This document shows positions 62,350 to 64,000 of a stretch of 64,000 nucleotides of DNA, in pieces. This DNA comes from Squalus acanthias (lineage: Eukaryota). Numbering within the stretch: position 1 is the stretch's first letter; each line of letters begins with the position of its first letter. Under the pieces are notes generated by a model, which saw nothing but the letters and a program-made list of their open reading frames with translations, did not search any database and had not been told where the DNA came from. The stretch is from the NCBI GenBank assembly GCA_030390025.1, contig JASTWF010000323.1, positions 124,001 to 188,000 on the forward strand. The letters run 5' to 3'. Made by a program: the position numbers and the translations under genes.

Positions 62350-64000
62350 TATGGCGCACCGCACAAAGTGGCGGCTATGGAGGACCCGAAGAAAATGGCG
62401 GCTCTGTGGGCCGGGCACAAAGATGGCGGCTCAGGTTCACGTAAAAAGATGGCACTTCTGGTGAGCAGTACAAAGGTGTCAGCTCTGGGGCCCAGTACAA
62501 AGAAGGCGGCGCCCGCTCTCCGCACAAAGATGGCGGCGCTGGGGCCCCGCACAAAGAAGGCAGCTCAGTTGCCCCGCACAATTATGGAAGGTCTGGGAGA
62601 TTCGCACAAAGATGGCGACTCCGGGGCTCCGCACAAATATGGCGGCACCCGCGAGCGGCAAAAAGATGACGGCTCTGGGCTCCAGCACAAAATGGCGCCA
62701 ACCGGGCAAAGCATAAAAATGGCGGCACCCTCGCCCAGCACAAAGATGGCGGCTGTGTGGTCCCGCGCAATGATGGCGGCTCTGGGGACCTGCTTAAATA
62801 TTGTGGCTCTGCGGCCCAGCACAATGACGGCGGCACTGGGGCCCAGCACAAAGCTGGCGTCTTCGGGGGCACGGGACAAAAATAGCATCTCTGGGCTCCT
62901 GCCTAATACAAAGATGGAGGCACTGGGCCCCACACATAGATGGCGGCTCTGGGGGCGCGGAATTTAAATAGCGGCTATTCTGCCAAGGACAATGATGGCG
63001 GCTCAGGGGCACAGCACAAAGATGGCGGCTCTGGGGCACAGCACAATGATGGCGGCTCTGGTGCCGCGCACAAAGATGGCGGGACTTGGGCCCAGCACAA
63101 ATTTGGCGGCTGACCGGAAAAAGATGGCTGCTGCGGAGACCCGCTAAAAATGGCAGCTCTGGTGCCTTGCAGAAAGACGGTCGATCTGTGGGCCACGTGC
63201 AAAAATGTCGGATCCGGTGCCCCGCACAAAGATGGGGGTACTGGGGTGCAGTACAAAGATGGGGGTACTGGGGTCAAGCACGAAAATGGGGGCACCCGCG
63301 ACCCGCACAAAAATGGCGTCTCTGGCCACCCCGCCCAGCTCAAATTTGGCGGCTGTGGGGCCCTGCACAAACATGGCAGCACCTCCGACCCACACAAAGA
63401 TGGCGGGACTTTGTCCCAGCAAAAAGATGGCGGCTGACCGCACAAAGATGGCGGCAGCGGGGCCCCGAAACAAAATTGCAGCTCCGGTGCCCCACACAAA
63501 GATGGGGGCTCTGGGGCTGCGTACAATAATGGCGGCTGTGAGGACCCGCACAAAAATATCTGCTCTGGCGCCCAGCACAATAATGGCGGTTCTGGGGCCC
63601 AGCACAAAGCTGTCGGCTCTGGGGCCCCGCACGAAGAAGGCGTCTCTGCGGACTCCTCACAAAAATGGCGCCACCCGCGCCCCGAAAAGCTGGCGGCTCT
63701 GGGTCCCCGGACAGAGATGGCGGCTGTGGGGGCCCGCAGAAACATGGCGGCCCTGGGGCCCAGCACAATGATGGCGGCTTTCGCACCCCGCACATAGATG
63801 GCGGCGCCGAGGCCGCGGAAAAAATGGCGGCTCTGGGACCTAGCACAAAGATGGTGGCTCTGGGCATCGCACAAAGGTGGCGGCTCTGGGGGCCCCGCAA
63901 AAAGATGGCTGCTCTGGCGTCCTGCACAATGTTCCCGGCTCTTGGGGCCCTGCACAAAGTTGGCGGTTCTGCGGGCCGCGCACAATGAGGGCGGCTCTGG
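62350..64000. repeat. CpG-rich ~27-bp satellite, about 60 copies, carrying YY1-type AAGATGGCGGC motifs; runs off the window end
   Basis: Consensus gcacaaagatggcggctctggggccca; 9-aa KMAALGPST periodicity in spurious ORFs. Confidence 0.93.

Noticed and set aside
62349..63988. Many long overlapping ORFs (up to 336 aa) on both strands
   Set aside because: By-product of a GC-rich 27-bp satellite that lacks stop codons; open in several frames at once

Overview
Vertebrate genomic DNA, most likely from a cartilaginous fish. This is inferred from the SacSINE1/DeuSINE-like SINE, the dense CR1 LINEs and a GPR139/GPR142-like receptor. Most of the window is transposon-derived. One host gene can be reconstructed on the + strand: a class A GPCR with coding exon 1 at 16065-16287 and exon 2 at 61395-62296, joined in frame across a 45.1 kb phase-1 GT-AG intron (374 aa). 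That intron holds a second, paralogous promoter plus first exon (29845-29935) in the same splice phase, suggesting a variable-first-exon receptor. It also holds an apparently intact autonomous PIF/Harbinger transposon (34973-39074; 386-aa DDE transposase plus a three-exon 463-aa Myb/SANT gene), a non-autonomous derivative, an older decayed Harbinger, multi-level nested CR1 insertions, a co-amplified satellite+CR1 array, minisatellites, SINEs and Penelope-type repeats with a hammerhead-like motif. A hAT/Charlie element sits inside a CR1 upstream of the gene. A CpG-rich array of about 60 YY1-motif repeats starts just after the GPCR stop codon. All identifications come from reading the sequence by eye; no database searches were run.
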